Positions 1 through 8,165 of a stretch of DNA of 64,000 nt are shown here, piece after piece. The notes below the pieces were generated by a model, which saw nothing but the letters and a program-made list of their open reading frames with translations, had not been told where the DNA came from and searched no databases. The DNA comes from Escherichia coli (GTDB lineage Bacteria > Pseudomonadota > Gammaproteobacteria > Enterobacterales > Enterobacteriaceae). The stretch is from the NCBI RefSeq assembly GCF_048403405.1, contig NZ_CP183129.1, one strand, 5' to 3'. Made by a program: the position numbers and the translations under genes. Each line of letters begins with the position of its first letter. Position 1 is the first letter of the stretch.

Positions 1-883
1 ATTTGTCTTCGCTCGCCTCTACGGTACGGGTATCAGTCTGACGCGGCATCGGCGCAGGTGCCCACTCCACCAGACCATCCAGCATATGATCGACGCCGAA
101 GTTACCCAGCGCAGTACCAAAGAATACCGGAGTGATTTCGCCCGCAAGGAACAATTCTTTGTCGAACTCGTTAGACGCGCCTTTCACCAGCTCCAGTTCA
201 TCACGCAGCTGCTGCGCCAGATCTTCACCAACCGCAGCGTCGAGATCCGGGTTATTCAGCCCTTTAACAATACGGACTTCCTGAATGGTGTGGCCTTTAC
301 CGCTCTGATAAAGATAGGTTTCATCTTTATAAAGGTGGTAAACGCCTTTAAACAGCTTGCCGCAGCCAATCGGCCAGGTGATCGGTGCGCAGCCGATTTT
401 CAGCTCGTTCTCAACTTCATCGAGCAGTTCCATCGGGTCGCGGATATCACGGTCAAGTTTGTTCATAAAGGTGAGGATCGGCGTATCGCGCAGACGGGTA
501 ACTTCCATCAGCTTGCGGGTACGATCTTCAACACCTTTTGCGGCGTCGATAACCATCAGGCAGCAGTCCACCGCCGTCAGGGTACGATAGGTATCTTCCG
601 AGAAGTCTTCGTGCCCCGGGGTGTCGAGCAGGTTAACCAGGCAATCGTGATACGGAAACTGCATCACAGACGTAGTAATGGAGATCCCACGCTGCTTTTC
701 CATCTCCATCCAGTCCGACTTAGCGTGCTGGTTGGAACCACGGCCTTTTACTGTACCGGCGGTCTGAATGGCCTGTCCGAACAGCAGCACCTTCTCGGTG
801 ATGGTAGTCTTACCGGCGTCTGGGTGAGAAATAATTGCAAAGGTTCTTCTTTTCGCTACCTCTGCGGCCAAAAGGCTTGTCAT
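1..883 (-). CDS. prfC: Peptide chain release factor 3 (RF3), 5' part; gene runs off the window start
   Basis: My own minus-strand translation from the ATG at 883-881 gives [49 protein letters not shown]...DTPGHEDF (GTPase motifs). It is absent from the ORF track because it is open at the window edge. The 86-988 + ORF is its antisense shadow. Confidence 0.93.
822..835. repeat. att core copy (prfC-body side)
   Basis: GGGTGAGAAATAAT is identical to 49057-49070. Flanking bases diverge on both sides. Confidence 0.85.
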
Positions 884-1041
884 AATTGTTGTCTCTTTGA
901 TTATGTACAATCATATGTACAAAGAAAAATTCATGCCGCTGATTGTACATTTTGGAGGTATCAGAGCATAGCAGAACATGATCAGTAGGTGTATTTGTAG
1001 CCAAAGAACATTTGTACATGCAGCAATCTTTGTTCCATTGA

Positions 1042-1061
1042 CACTGTTTATTCATACAGTT
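1042..1061. promoter_or_regulatory. LexA (SOS) box 1
   Basis: CTGT-tttattcat-ACAG: CTGT at 1044-1047, 8-nt spacer, ACAG at 1056-1059. This fits the CTGT-N8-ACAG consensus. Confidence 0.7.
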
Positions 1062-1069
1062 AAAAATAA

Positions 1070-1089
1070 CACTGTATACAAACACAGTG
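1070..1089. promoter_or_regulatory. LexA (SOS) box 2
   Basis: CTGT-atacaaac-ACAG: CTGT at 1072-1075 and ACAG at 1084-1087. It ends 16 nt before the dinI-like ATG. Confidence 0.75.
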
Positions 1090-1102
1090 TAGAGGGATTT
1101 TT

Positions 1103-1351
1103 ATGCGTATTGAGATCTGCATAGCCAAAGAGAAAATGACTAAAATGCCAAACGGTGCTGTGGATGCGTTAAAGGAAGAATTAACTCGACGCATCAGTAA
1201 GCGTTATGACGATGTAGAGGTGATCGTAAAAGCCACCAGCAACGATGGCCTTTCTGTTACGCGCACCGCCGATAAAGATTCAGCTAAAACTTTTGTTCAG
1301 GAAACTCTGAAAGATACCTGGGAGTCTGCTGACGAGTGGTTTGTTCACTAA
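1103..1351 (+). CDS. DinI-family DNA-damage-inducible protein (prophage copy)
   Basis: 82 aa. MRIE.CIAK...WESADEWFV matches the remembered DinI pattern (MRIEVTIAK...ETWESADDWFV). An AGAGGG RBS is upstream and LexA boxes precede it. Confidence 0.85.
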   Translation: MRIEICIAKEKMTKMPNGAVDALKEELTRRISKRYDDVEVIVKATSNDGLSVTRTADKDSAKTFVQETLKDTWESADEWFVH

Positions 1352-1419
1352 TTAACACGTAAAATCGGTAACGGCTGGAAATCATTCAATACTCGCACTA
1401 TCGGAAGTTCACCAGCCAA

Positions 1420-1458
1420 CCGCAGCACGTTCTTGCATACGACGTGTCTGCGGTTTTT
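1420..1458 (+). terminator. Rho-independent terminator after the dinI-like gene
   Basis: Stem CCGCAGCACGT...ACGTG(T)CTGCGG followed by TTTTT. Confidence 0.6.
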
Positions 1459-1777
1459 CAACCATTCAGATACAGCACTCTCATCACATTCATTCTTCCG
1501 CATTAAAGTATATATGACCATATCACCTTAATATTTTTCTTCTTCAGATAAAAATTGTTATCTATGTATACTTTTAAACCGAATCCGTGTAGAGTCTCTA
1601 CCTAAGTTAGTTCACAGCTACCCCTTCAGTTTGCGCCATTAACTTCCTGACTTTTGCCGCTATCTGTAAGCATTCCTGTATACCTGAAACTACAGGGTTC
1701 ATCTACGAACTTTAAGAACACCCAGGATAAAAATTGTCAACTATATTATATATAACACCATACTAATTCGAGGCTAT

Positions 1778-1891
1778 ATGGACAGCATACTGATAATCAC
1801 TTCACTACTTATCATATTCAGCATTTTTAGTCATGCTCTAATAAAATTAGGGGTTGGCATATCCAATAACCCGGACAAAACCGATGTATAA
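1778..1891 (+). CDS. Candidate 37-aa hydrophobic small protein
   Basis: ATG preceded by GAGG with a 4-nt spacer. Translation is [37 protein letters not shown], giving one predicted TM helix. It is below the ORF-track size cutoff. Confidence 0.3.
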   Translation: MDSILIITSLLIIFSIFSHALIKLGVGISNNPDKTDV

Positions 1892-1959
1892 GTCAACATA
1901 TCCTGAATCAGACATACAATATTGCAATGAAAACCAATAATATTTTAAGGAATATCTTC

Positions 1960-2193
1960 ATGAAATCAAATGACACCCTAAAGTGGTTCCCCGCGCAGCT
2001 TCCTGAAGTCAGAATTATCCTGGGAGATGCTGTCGTGGAAGTGGCAAAACAGGGAAGACCTATCAATACCAGAACATTGCTTGATTACATTGAAGGAAAC
2101 ATAAAGAAAAAGTCATGGCTGGATAACAAAGAATTATTACAAACAGCGATATCAGTTCTTAAAGACAACCAAAATTTAAATGGTAAAGTGTAA
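1960..2193 (+). CDS. YdfK/YnaE-family cold-shock-induced prophage protein
   Basis: The internal Met of the 88-aa ORF gives a 77-aa product. MKSNDTLKWFPAQLPEVRIILGDAVVEVAKQGRPINTRTLLDYIEGNIKKKSW... matches remembered YdfK (Qin) and YnaE (Rac). Confidence 0.8.
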   Translation: MKSNDTLKWFPAQLPEVRIILGDAVVEVAKQGRPINTRTLLDYIEGNIKKKSWLDNKELLQTAISVLKDNQNLNGKV

Positions 2194-2573
2194 TAAACAC
2201 CCCCTGAAAAATAATTTTTCAATGCATTAAAAAATATCAACAACTACGTTATTCCGCAACAACCTACTTTTTTTACCATTTTTCCACTTTAACAACTTTT
2301 TGCTCCACTTTTCCAAGACCAAACAAATTGAAATCTGGCTAAAACAACATACAACACTATTATTCGTCTTTCTCGAGTCCGCCCGGAGTTCGAAAAACAA
2401 ACCGAGTTAAAGCCATTTTTCAAAAAATCGATTTTAGGTTACACCAAAATTACGGGACTGCATCCAAATTTGTTTATTTTCGAACGTATACATACAAATA
2501 TGTGCAATAATAAGCGAAATAATTTTTGGATATGCATTATGATATGTACACCAATTTCGTATAGAGTCTCACT

Positions 2574-3164
2574 ATGTCTCGAATTTTTGCTTACTGTCGG
2601 ATATCAACTCTGGATCAGACCACCGAAAATCAACGCCGGGAAATCGAAAGTGCAGGCTTTAAAATCAAACCTCAGCAAATAATCGAAGAACACATTAGCG
2701 GCTCAGCAGCAACCAGTGAGCGTCCTGGTTTTAACCGGTTGCTTGCTCGCCTGAAATGTGGTGATCAATTGATTGTGACAAAACTGGATCGCCTTGGTTG
2801 TAATGCAATGGATATCAGGAAAACAGTGGAACAACTGACCGAAACAGGTATCAGAGTGCATTGCTTAGCATTGGGGGGCATTGACCTGACCAGTCCAACA
2901 GGAAAAATGATGATGCAAGTAATTTCAGCAGTCGCTGAATTTGAACGAGACCTTTTACTTGAACGCACTCATTCCGGGATAGTAAGAGCCCGGGGCGCAG
3001 GGAAACGTTTTGGTCGACCACCTGTGTTAAATGAAGAACAGAAACAGGTGGTATTCGAACGAATTAAGTCAGGTGTAAGTATAAGTGCCATTGCCCGGGA
3101 ATTCAAAACCTCGCGGCAAACCATTTTAAGAGCCAAAGCAAAACTTCAGACACCTGACATATAA
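2574..3164 (+). CDS. Serine recombinase, PinQ/PinR type (resolvase/invertase family)
   Basis: 196 aa. The N-terminal catalytic-Ser motif is [11 protein letters not shown] and there is a C-terminal HTH. It sits next to ydfK-like and the tail fibres, as in Qin and Rac. Confidence 0.85.
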
Positions 3165-3391
3165 AAAATAATCTCGGTGTGAGATGCTTTACGTCTTCCA
3201 AGCCCCCTTCCTTGCCGTAAATGGAAAGATACATCTAATTATAGAATTTATATGTTTTACCCTACGGCAGTGCTGGCCATTCAATATCCTGTGCAGTTGA
3301 CGTATCAACACGGTTCAGCAACACCCGATACTTTTTCCAGGCTTCCAGCAACGGGGTTTCTTCCTCCGTTGCATATACAGCTCACCTTTTT

Positions 3392-3691
3392 TCACCCACG
3401 ATTAACCAACAGCCAGACCAGCAGACACGCCACCACCGGCACAGCAAAATCCATCAGGCTTGCCACATCCCACACGCGCGGATCAAAACCGCCCCACCAC
3501 GGCATGTTAATCCTCTTGCCATGCCCAAACATTTCAATCCAGCGATATTCCGCCTGGGTGTGTTCACGCGCAATGAAGAACGTACAACCGGCTATCGCCC
3601 CGTAAGCCCAGTTCCCGGTAAAAAGACCAACCAGTAGCTGCGCAGCCACAGCACAAAGCGCATGAAGGAAAGGTGTTATATCCATTTTCAT
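3392..3691 (-). CDS. Small inner-membrane protein of unknown function (three hydrophobic segments)
   Basis: The 102-aa ORF starts at TTG 3700. ATGs at 3691 and 3685 are more likely starts, with AGGA 5 nt before 3685. Hydrophobic stretches are FLHALCAVAAQLLVGLF, AYGAIAGCTFFIA and FAVPVVACLLVWLLV. Confidence 0.5.
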   Translation of the reverse strand: MKMDITPFLHALCAVAAQLLVGLFTGNWAYGAIAGCTFFIAREHTQAEYRWIEMFGHGKRINMPWWGGFDPRVWDVASLMDFAVPVVACLLVWLLVNRG

Positions 3692-3727
3692 CCTACCCAA
3701 TAAAACGGGGCGCTCGGCCCCTTGATA

Positions 3728-4768
3728 TTATTTAGACGCAAGCGCCGCCTCAATTGCAGATAATCTTTGTCTTAATTCTGCGTTTTCTTCTTCCAGTGCT
3801 GTTATTCTGTCGTCTGACTCTCTGGCTACCTGAACAAGCAAGCCAGTAACACCAGAATAATCTACTGTGTAATAACGTTCACCTTCTTCACCTTCCGATC
3901 CGCTTGCGCCGTCCTGATATTTCATTGCGGAACCTACAACTTCTGGGATTGCTTCCAGAGCTTCCTGTGCAATGACACCAGCATAGGGCATACCGTTTTC
4001 TTTAAGCGTGTATGTATAGCCGTTCATTTTACGGATGCGGTCGGTTGCATTATCGATCACCTGAATGTTGTCTTTCAGATCCCGGTCGGAATGCTGGTTA
4101 AATGCGGTGGCATGACATGCACCATTAACGCTTAACATATAGGTGTTATCGGTATTTTTTTGCGCATAGAACATATAAGCGCCACCATCAACACCGACTT
4201 CATAAACAACAGGACGGCTGGAGTTGCCCCACAATTGAGCAGTAACACCAGCATAAGCGGTTCCCTGTGTGTTTAATGTCATGGTTGACCCATGATTGGC
4301 ATATTTGATCTGTAATGTGTCGGTGTAATCAAATTTAATAAGCGCGTTACTTCCACGCTTGCTGTATGACATAAGGCAGTTACCCATTTTGAGGTATCCG
4401 CTGTCACCGGGAAAAATCATCGTACCGCCATAAAGGTTGGTAAAGTCCCAGCAAATGTTTGTCCCGTTATCGTTCAGGTTAAGGCGCGCCATTGCGTTAC
4501 CTGGACTGTCTATCCATTTTTTGAGGTATAGTTCGCAATACGCATCCTCAACACCTGCCGTCCTGTGAGTTGAGCGGAGTTTTCTCCCAAATATAGCTCC
4601 GCTAGTTGGCAATACCTGCTGATACCATGAAGCAGACCAGTCACCAACGATTTCATCTTTGCTGTCTACATATAATTTTGTTGCGTAGCTTCCTTGATCG
4701 TTTTTTAATTTGCTAACGTCGGATTTTAGCGTTTTGATGTCATCAGGAATTACTGTCGATGTAGCCAT
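3728..4768 (-). CDS. Tail fibre/spike protein with C-terminal intramolecular-chaperone (S74-type) domain
   Basis: 346 aa. The C-terminal ...SDRDLKDNIQVIDNATDRIRKMNGYTYTLKENG...GVIAQE... followed by a coiled-coil tail is the pattern of the endosialidase-type auto-cleaving chaperone domain. Confidence 0.7.
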   Translation of the reverse strand: MATSTVIPDDIKTLKSDVSKLKNDQGSYATKLYVDSKDEIVGDWSASWYQQVLPTSGAIFGRKLRSTHRTAGVEDAYCELYLKKWIDSPGNAMARLNLNDNGTNICWDFTNLYGGTMIFPGDSGYLKMGNCLMSYSKRGSNALIKFDYTDTLQIKYANHGSTMTLNTQGTAYAGVTAQLWGNSSRPVVYEVGVDGGAYMFYAQKNTDNTYMLSVNGACHATAFNQHSDRDLKDNIQVIDNATDRIRKMNGYTYTLKENGMPYAGVIAQEALEAIPEVVGSAMKYQDGASGSEGEEGERYYTVDYSGVTGLLVQVARESDDRITALEEENAELRQRLSAIEAALASK

Positions 4769-4777
4769 TTTTCTTCC

Positions 4778-5059
4778 TCACATCCAGCCACGAAGTTGAT
4801 GCTCAACAGCAACCACGTATTCATCGAATAATGACGATATTTGCGAATCATTAATGATGCGCACGTTTACAAAATATCCGTCTTCCTTAACACATACCGG
4901 TTCGCCATCTTCAGTCAGTTCTCCGGTTTCTTTGTACACGTTACCTATCACGTCAATAAGAATATCATCCTGCATCAACTCGTCATCATAATAGCCAATG
5001 CTCTCCATAAAGGCCGAAAAGTCGGCCCTGTCGGGAAATTTGAGTGTTAAATCTTTCAT
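4778..5059 (-). CDS. Hypothetical protein between the two fibre genes
   Basis: 93-aa acidic ORF. Its ATG overlaps the stf stop (TAATG), which suggests translational coupling. It may be a fibre accessory or assembly factor. Confidence 0.5.
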   Translation of the reverse strand: MKDLTLKFPDRADFSAFMESIGYYDDELMQDDILIDVIGNVYKETGELTEDGEPVCVKEDGYFVNVRIINDSQISSLFDEYVVAVEHQLRGWM

Positions 5060-7434
5060 TAGATTGACTCCCCCACCTGAGCATCAGTCAATGCCTTGTG
5101 CCATATTCTGAAATTCCTTACATGACCAAATAAATGACGTAACCCGGCTGTAGTCTGGCCTCCAATACGGATAATTGCGGTGTTCTGAATACAGGACCAT
5201 GTGGTTTTTGTTTCGCTGGATATACGCCCGTTACTTACTGCGCATGTAGACTGATCAGACTTTACACGCATCCCCATAACCATTTTTTCAAGTGATGCAT
5301 TTTCGTTTATCCGTCTGTTAGACCCACCAATATCGCAATAAGGAAATCCGTCGTAATCTGCTGAAGAACCGAAGCCAAGAATAATAGCCGCTCCGGTTTG
5401 ATGACCGCCGGTATCAAAAACACGCGGTGCTGCATTTGGCGTTTTATACCAGTTCTTATGTACCTCACAAAGAACCGTAAAAGGAAGATTATAAAGATTA
5501 TTCTTAATGGGAACTGTGACTATATCGCTTGCGCGGGTCGCCGCCGTCGTTCCTGATATAATAAAAGATGATACACAAGGCCCATTTTCTACTTGTGGGG
5601 TGGCCAGATAAATATAGTCACCAGATACGGTTGCCCCGCCCTGCTTAGGAGAATACTGTATCTGAGAACCTATTTTTAACTCCCCATCAATTGCCTGAAT
5701 TGTTGCCTCTGCAAAAATCCATCCGATAACTTCGTCCTTTCTGACTCTCGCTGTAATCCTTGAGGCAGCGCCGCCTGTCATATTAATTTCAAGCGTTTGT
5801 GTATCAATATACACATCACCAAGAAAAGTTGTTGCGCTACCGTCATATTTATCAAATCGGATACGCAACCTTACCTGCAGTTCTGTTTTAAAACGACATG
5901 AGGTTGTCACGTATTTATTATCGCCTGAGACATCAACTGACTTTGTTGCAGCAATTGATGCCATATTAATGGCTGAGGTTTGCCCAATCAGAGAATCGTT
6001 ACAGACAAACTTTCCATAGGTAAAACCAAAACTATCCGTCCCGGTTTCGGGAACATCCATATTTGACGATCGCCCCCAACTGGCAGGGCTTTCCGAATTG
6101 AGCATGTAGTTCGTTCTTTGCCCCTCAATAAGCAGGCCATCACGTTCAAACCGTGGCTCGTCAATGGCAGCCTCTGTCAGCACACCAGATTTATTAATAT
6201 AGGTTGCTTTCGATGCGCGTTTAAACTTAACAACCTTGTCGCCAGGCATCGTTATTTCATCATCACCAATAACAATCTTTTTATATGACGGCGAAAAGCC
6301 CGTAATCATATCCAGCGAATCGTTAAATGGTATCCACACATCAGGCAGCGGCTGTAAGACATATTTATACGGCTCCGCAGCCTGGCTTGCGTACTCTCTG
6401 GCTGCATCTTCGCTTGCTTTAGCTGCCGTCTGGCTTGCTGCCGATGCTTTCGCTGAGTTCGCAGCCGCTGTTTCGCTCACCTTTGCGTTGGTTTCACTGG
6501 TTTTTGCTGCTTTTTGACTGTTAGCTGATGCAGTGGCAGAAGCAGCAGCCGCGCTTGCAGAACCAGCTGCAGCACTCTCGCTTTCGGCTGCTGCATCCTG
6601 ACTGCTTTTCGCCGCAGTTTCGCTGGCTTTGGCATTCGTTTCGCTGGTCTTCGCTGCCGTCTGGCTGGACTTTGCGTTAGTTTCACTCGTCTTCGCTGCT
6701 TTCTGACTGTTAGCCGCAGCAGTTGCTGATCCAGCAGCTGAAGTCGCAGAACCGGCTGCCGCGCTCTCGCTTTCGGCTGCTGCATCCTGACTGCTTTTCG
6801 CCGCAGTTTCACTGGCTTTGGCATTCGTTTCGCTGGTTTTCGCTGCCGTCTGGCTGGACTTTGCGTTGGTTTCGCTCGTCTTTGCGGCTGTCTCGCTATT
6901 TTTCGCGTTGGTTTCTGATTTTTTGGCTGCTGTCGCGGAGTTTTCTGATGCAGTCTGTGAGGTCGCTGCCGCCTGTGCACTATTAGCTGCATTCGTTTCT
7001 GAGGTTTTCGCCGCGTTCTTCGATGATGCCGCTGCAGTTTCGGATTTCTTTGCCGCCGCTGCGCTCTGAGAGGCGGCTTCGGCGTTGCGTGCCGCTTCTT
7101 CCACCATTTCCTCAAAACGACGCAATGCCTCCGGCATGACATCATCTTCCGTCATGGCACCGAGAAAATCATTCAGCGTACCTGGTCTGGAACCTTCATA
7201 GACGGTAATGGTTCCGGCATGTGAAGGCGGAAAACCTTCAACAAGCAGGATAACGCTGTACTGGCCATACTCAACATCCATGCTGTAACGCCCGGCTTCA
7301 TCCGGATTTTCAGAGGCCACCGTGTTCACCAGTACCGTGGTGCTGTTACGCTTTGCCTTCAGTTGAATAGTGCAGTTCTGTATTGGTTTTCCCGCACCAT
7401 CTTTCAGCACACCTGAGATTTTTACTGCTGCCAT
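5059..7434 (-). CDS. stf: Side tail fibre (lambda Stf-like N-terminus, divergent C-terminal receptor-binding part)
   Basis: The N-terminus MAAVKISGVLKDGAGKPIQNCTIQLKAKRNSTTV...GRYSMDVEYGQYSVIL matches remembered lambda Stf. The ATG at 7434 follows GGAG; the track ORF starts 2 codons earlier at GTG. There is an Ala/Ser/Thr repeat shaft. The C-terminus ends ...RNFRIWHKALTDAQV, typical of LamG/concanavalin-like domains. Confidence 0.85.
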   Translation of the reverse strand: MAAVKISGVLKDGAGKPIQNCTIQLKAKRNSTTVLVNTVASENPDEAGRYSMDVEYGQYSVILLVEGFPPSHAGTITVYEGSRPGTLNDFLGAMTEDDVMPEALRRFEEMVEEAARNAEAASQSAAAAKKSETAAASSKNAAKTSETNAANSAQAAATSQTASENSATAAKKSETNAKNSETAAKTSETNAKSSQTAAKTSETNAKASETAAKSSQDAAAESESAAAGSATSAAGSATAAANSQKAAKTSETNAKSSQTAAKTSETNAKASETAAKSSQDAAAESESAAAGSASAAAASATASANSQKAAKTSETNAKVSETAAANSAKASAASQTAAKASEDAAREYASQAAEPYKYVLQPLPDVWIPFNDSLDMITGFSPSYKKIVIGDDEITMPGDKVVKFKRASKATYINKSGVLTEAAIDEPRFERDGLLIEGQRTNYMLNSESPASWGRSSNMDVPETGTDSFGFTYGKFVCNDSLIGQTSAINMASIAATKSVDVSGDNKYVTTSCRFKTELQVRLRIRFDKYDGSATTFLGDVYIDTQTLEINMTGGAASRITARVRKDEVIGWIFAEATIQAIDGELKIGSQIQYSPKQGGATVSGDYIYLATPQVENGPCVSSFIISGTTAATRASDIVTVPIKNNLYNLPFTVLCEVHKNWYKTPNAAPRVFDTGGHQTGAAIILGFGSSADYDGFPYCDIGGSNRRINENASLEKMVMGMRVKSDQSTCAVSNGRISSETKTTWSCIQNTAIIRIGGQTTAGLRHLFGHVRNFRIWHKALTDAQVGESI
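6470..6888. repeat. 189-bp (63-codon) in-frame tandem repeat inside stf, 2 full copies plus a partial third
   Basis: Units start at 6888, 6699 and 6510 on the minus strand, each beginning AAKTSETNAK. The 20-mer ctttcggctgctgcatcctg recurs at 6581 and 6770. Confidence 0.85.
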
Positions 7435-7444
7435 ATCCACTCCA

Positions 7445-7473
7445 CAAAAAAGCCCGCCTGAACCGGCGGGCTG
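7445..7473 (-). terminator. Rho-independent terminator after lom
   Basis: Minus strand: AGCCCGCCggttcaGGCGGGCT followed by TTTTTT. Confidence 0.75.
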
Positions 7474-7498
7474 TCATAACACTGTGTTACCTGGCTAA

Positions 7499-8098
7499 TC
7501 AGAATTTATAACCGACACCCACGATGAAACCGTCAGTGCGCCAGTCACCACTGCCGGAACCTTCATAAGCAAGGTCAATGGCCACGGATTCGGTCGGGTT
7601 AAACTGCACGCCAGCCCCCCACGCCAGAGACGTGTTGCTGTGGCGACCGTCATCACTTCCGGTCAGCACATCGTGCGTTTTCCCCTTGTTGTCAGTTACG
7701 CGGAGATAATCCCCGGAGAAGGTCGACACACGGCTGTAAGCCATACCCGCCATCGCATAAGCACTGAACCATTCATTCACGCGTACAGATGGCCCCGCCA
7801 TCATGCTGAACCAGCGGTTACGCACGGAATCTTCATGCCAGCGGGTATCGCTGTAATGCGTTTTTTGCTCATCTTTGGCATTGGCATAACTGAATGACGT
7901 CACCAGCCCCAGCGTGTCCGTAAATTCATAACGGTATTTCACGTTAATGCCCTTCAGGTCATCACTGCCTGGCATATCAGTATGGGTCTGAAGATACCCG
8001 GCGCTTAGTGTGGACTGATGCTCTGCTGCGCTCGCTGGCGTACCAGCGGCAACCAGCCAGACTACTGCGGACAGAATAACAGCACATAATTTACGCAT
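7499..8098 (-). CDS. lom: Lom outer-membrane protein (Ail/Lom family)
   Basis: 199 aa with a signal peptide. The C-terminus ...YEGSGSGDWRTDGFIVGVGYKF is identical to remembered lambda Lom. Confidence 0.9.
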   Translation of the reverse strand: MRKLCAVILSAVVWLVAAGTPASAAEHQSTLSAGYLQTHTDMPGSDDLKGINVKYRYEFTDTLGLVTSFSYANAKDEQKTHYSDTRWHEDSVRNRWFSMMAGPSVRVNEWFSAYAMAGMAYSRVSTFSGDYLRVTDNKGKTHDVLTGSDDGRHSNTSLAWGAGVQFNPTESVAIDLAYEGSGSGDWRTDGFIVGVGYKF

Positions 8099-8122
8099 AA
8101 TTACCTCTCGCTTTTCTGCAAT

Positions 8123-8147
8123 AAAAAAGGCGTCATTTCTGACGCCC
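8123..8147 (-). terminator. Rho-independent terminator after J
   Basis: Minus strand: GGCGTCAgaaaTGACGCC followed by TTTTTT. Confidence 0.7.
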
Positions 8148-8165
8148 GTATTGGGGTTATAAAAT

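Noticed and set aside
86-988. 300-aa + strand ORF at the window start
   Set aside because: It is the antisense shadow of prfC. The minus strand translates into an unmistakable RF3 GTPase N-terminus, whereas this ORF has low-complexity, stop-avoiding composition and no RBS.
2389-2484. Imperfect inverted repeat (TTCGAAAAACAAA / TTTGTTTATTTTCGAA) upstream of the serine recombinase, considered as a possible invertible switch
   Set aside because: It is short, AT-rich and has a 3-nt indel. It does not resemble gix/hix crossover sites well, and I have no evidence of alternative orientation.
3252-3605. 117-aa + strand ORF after the recombinase gene
   Set aside because: It is antisense to the membrane-protein ORF and has a Pro/Thr/His-rich composition. 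The opposite-strand ORF has clear TM-helix periodicity.
6477-7145. 222-aa Arg/Lys/Gln/Pro-rich minus-strand ORF and several + strand ORFs in the stf repeat region
   Set aside because: These are alternative frames of the Ala/Ser/Thr repeat shaft. The repeats keep every frame open, and only the Stf frame has an N-terminus matching a known protein and an RBS.
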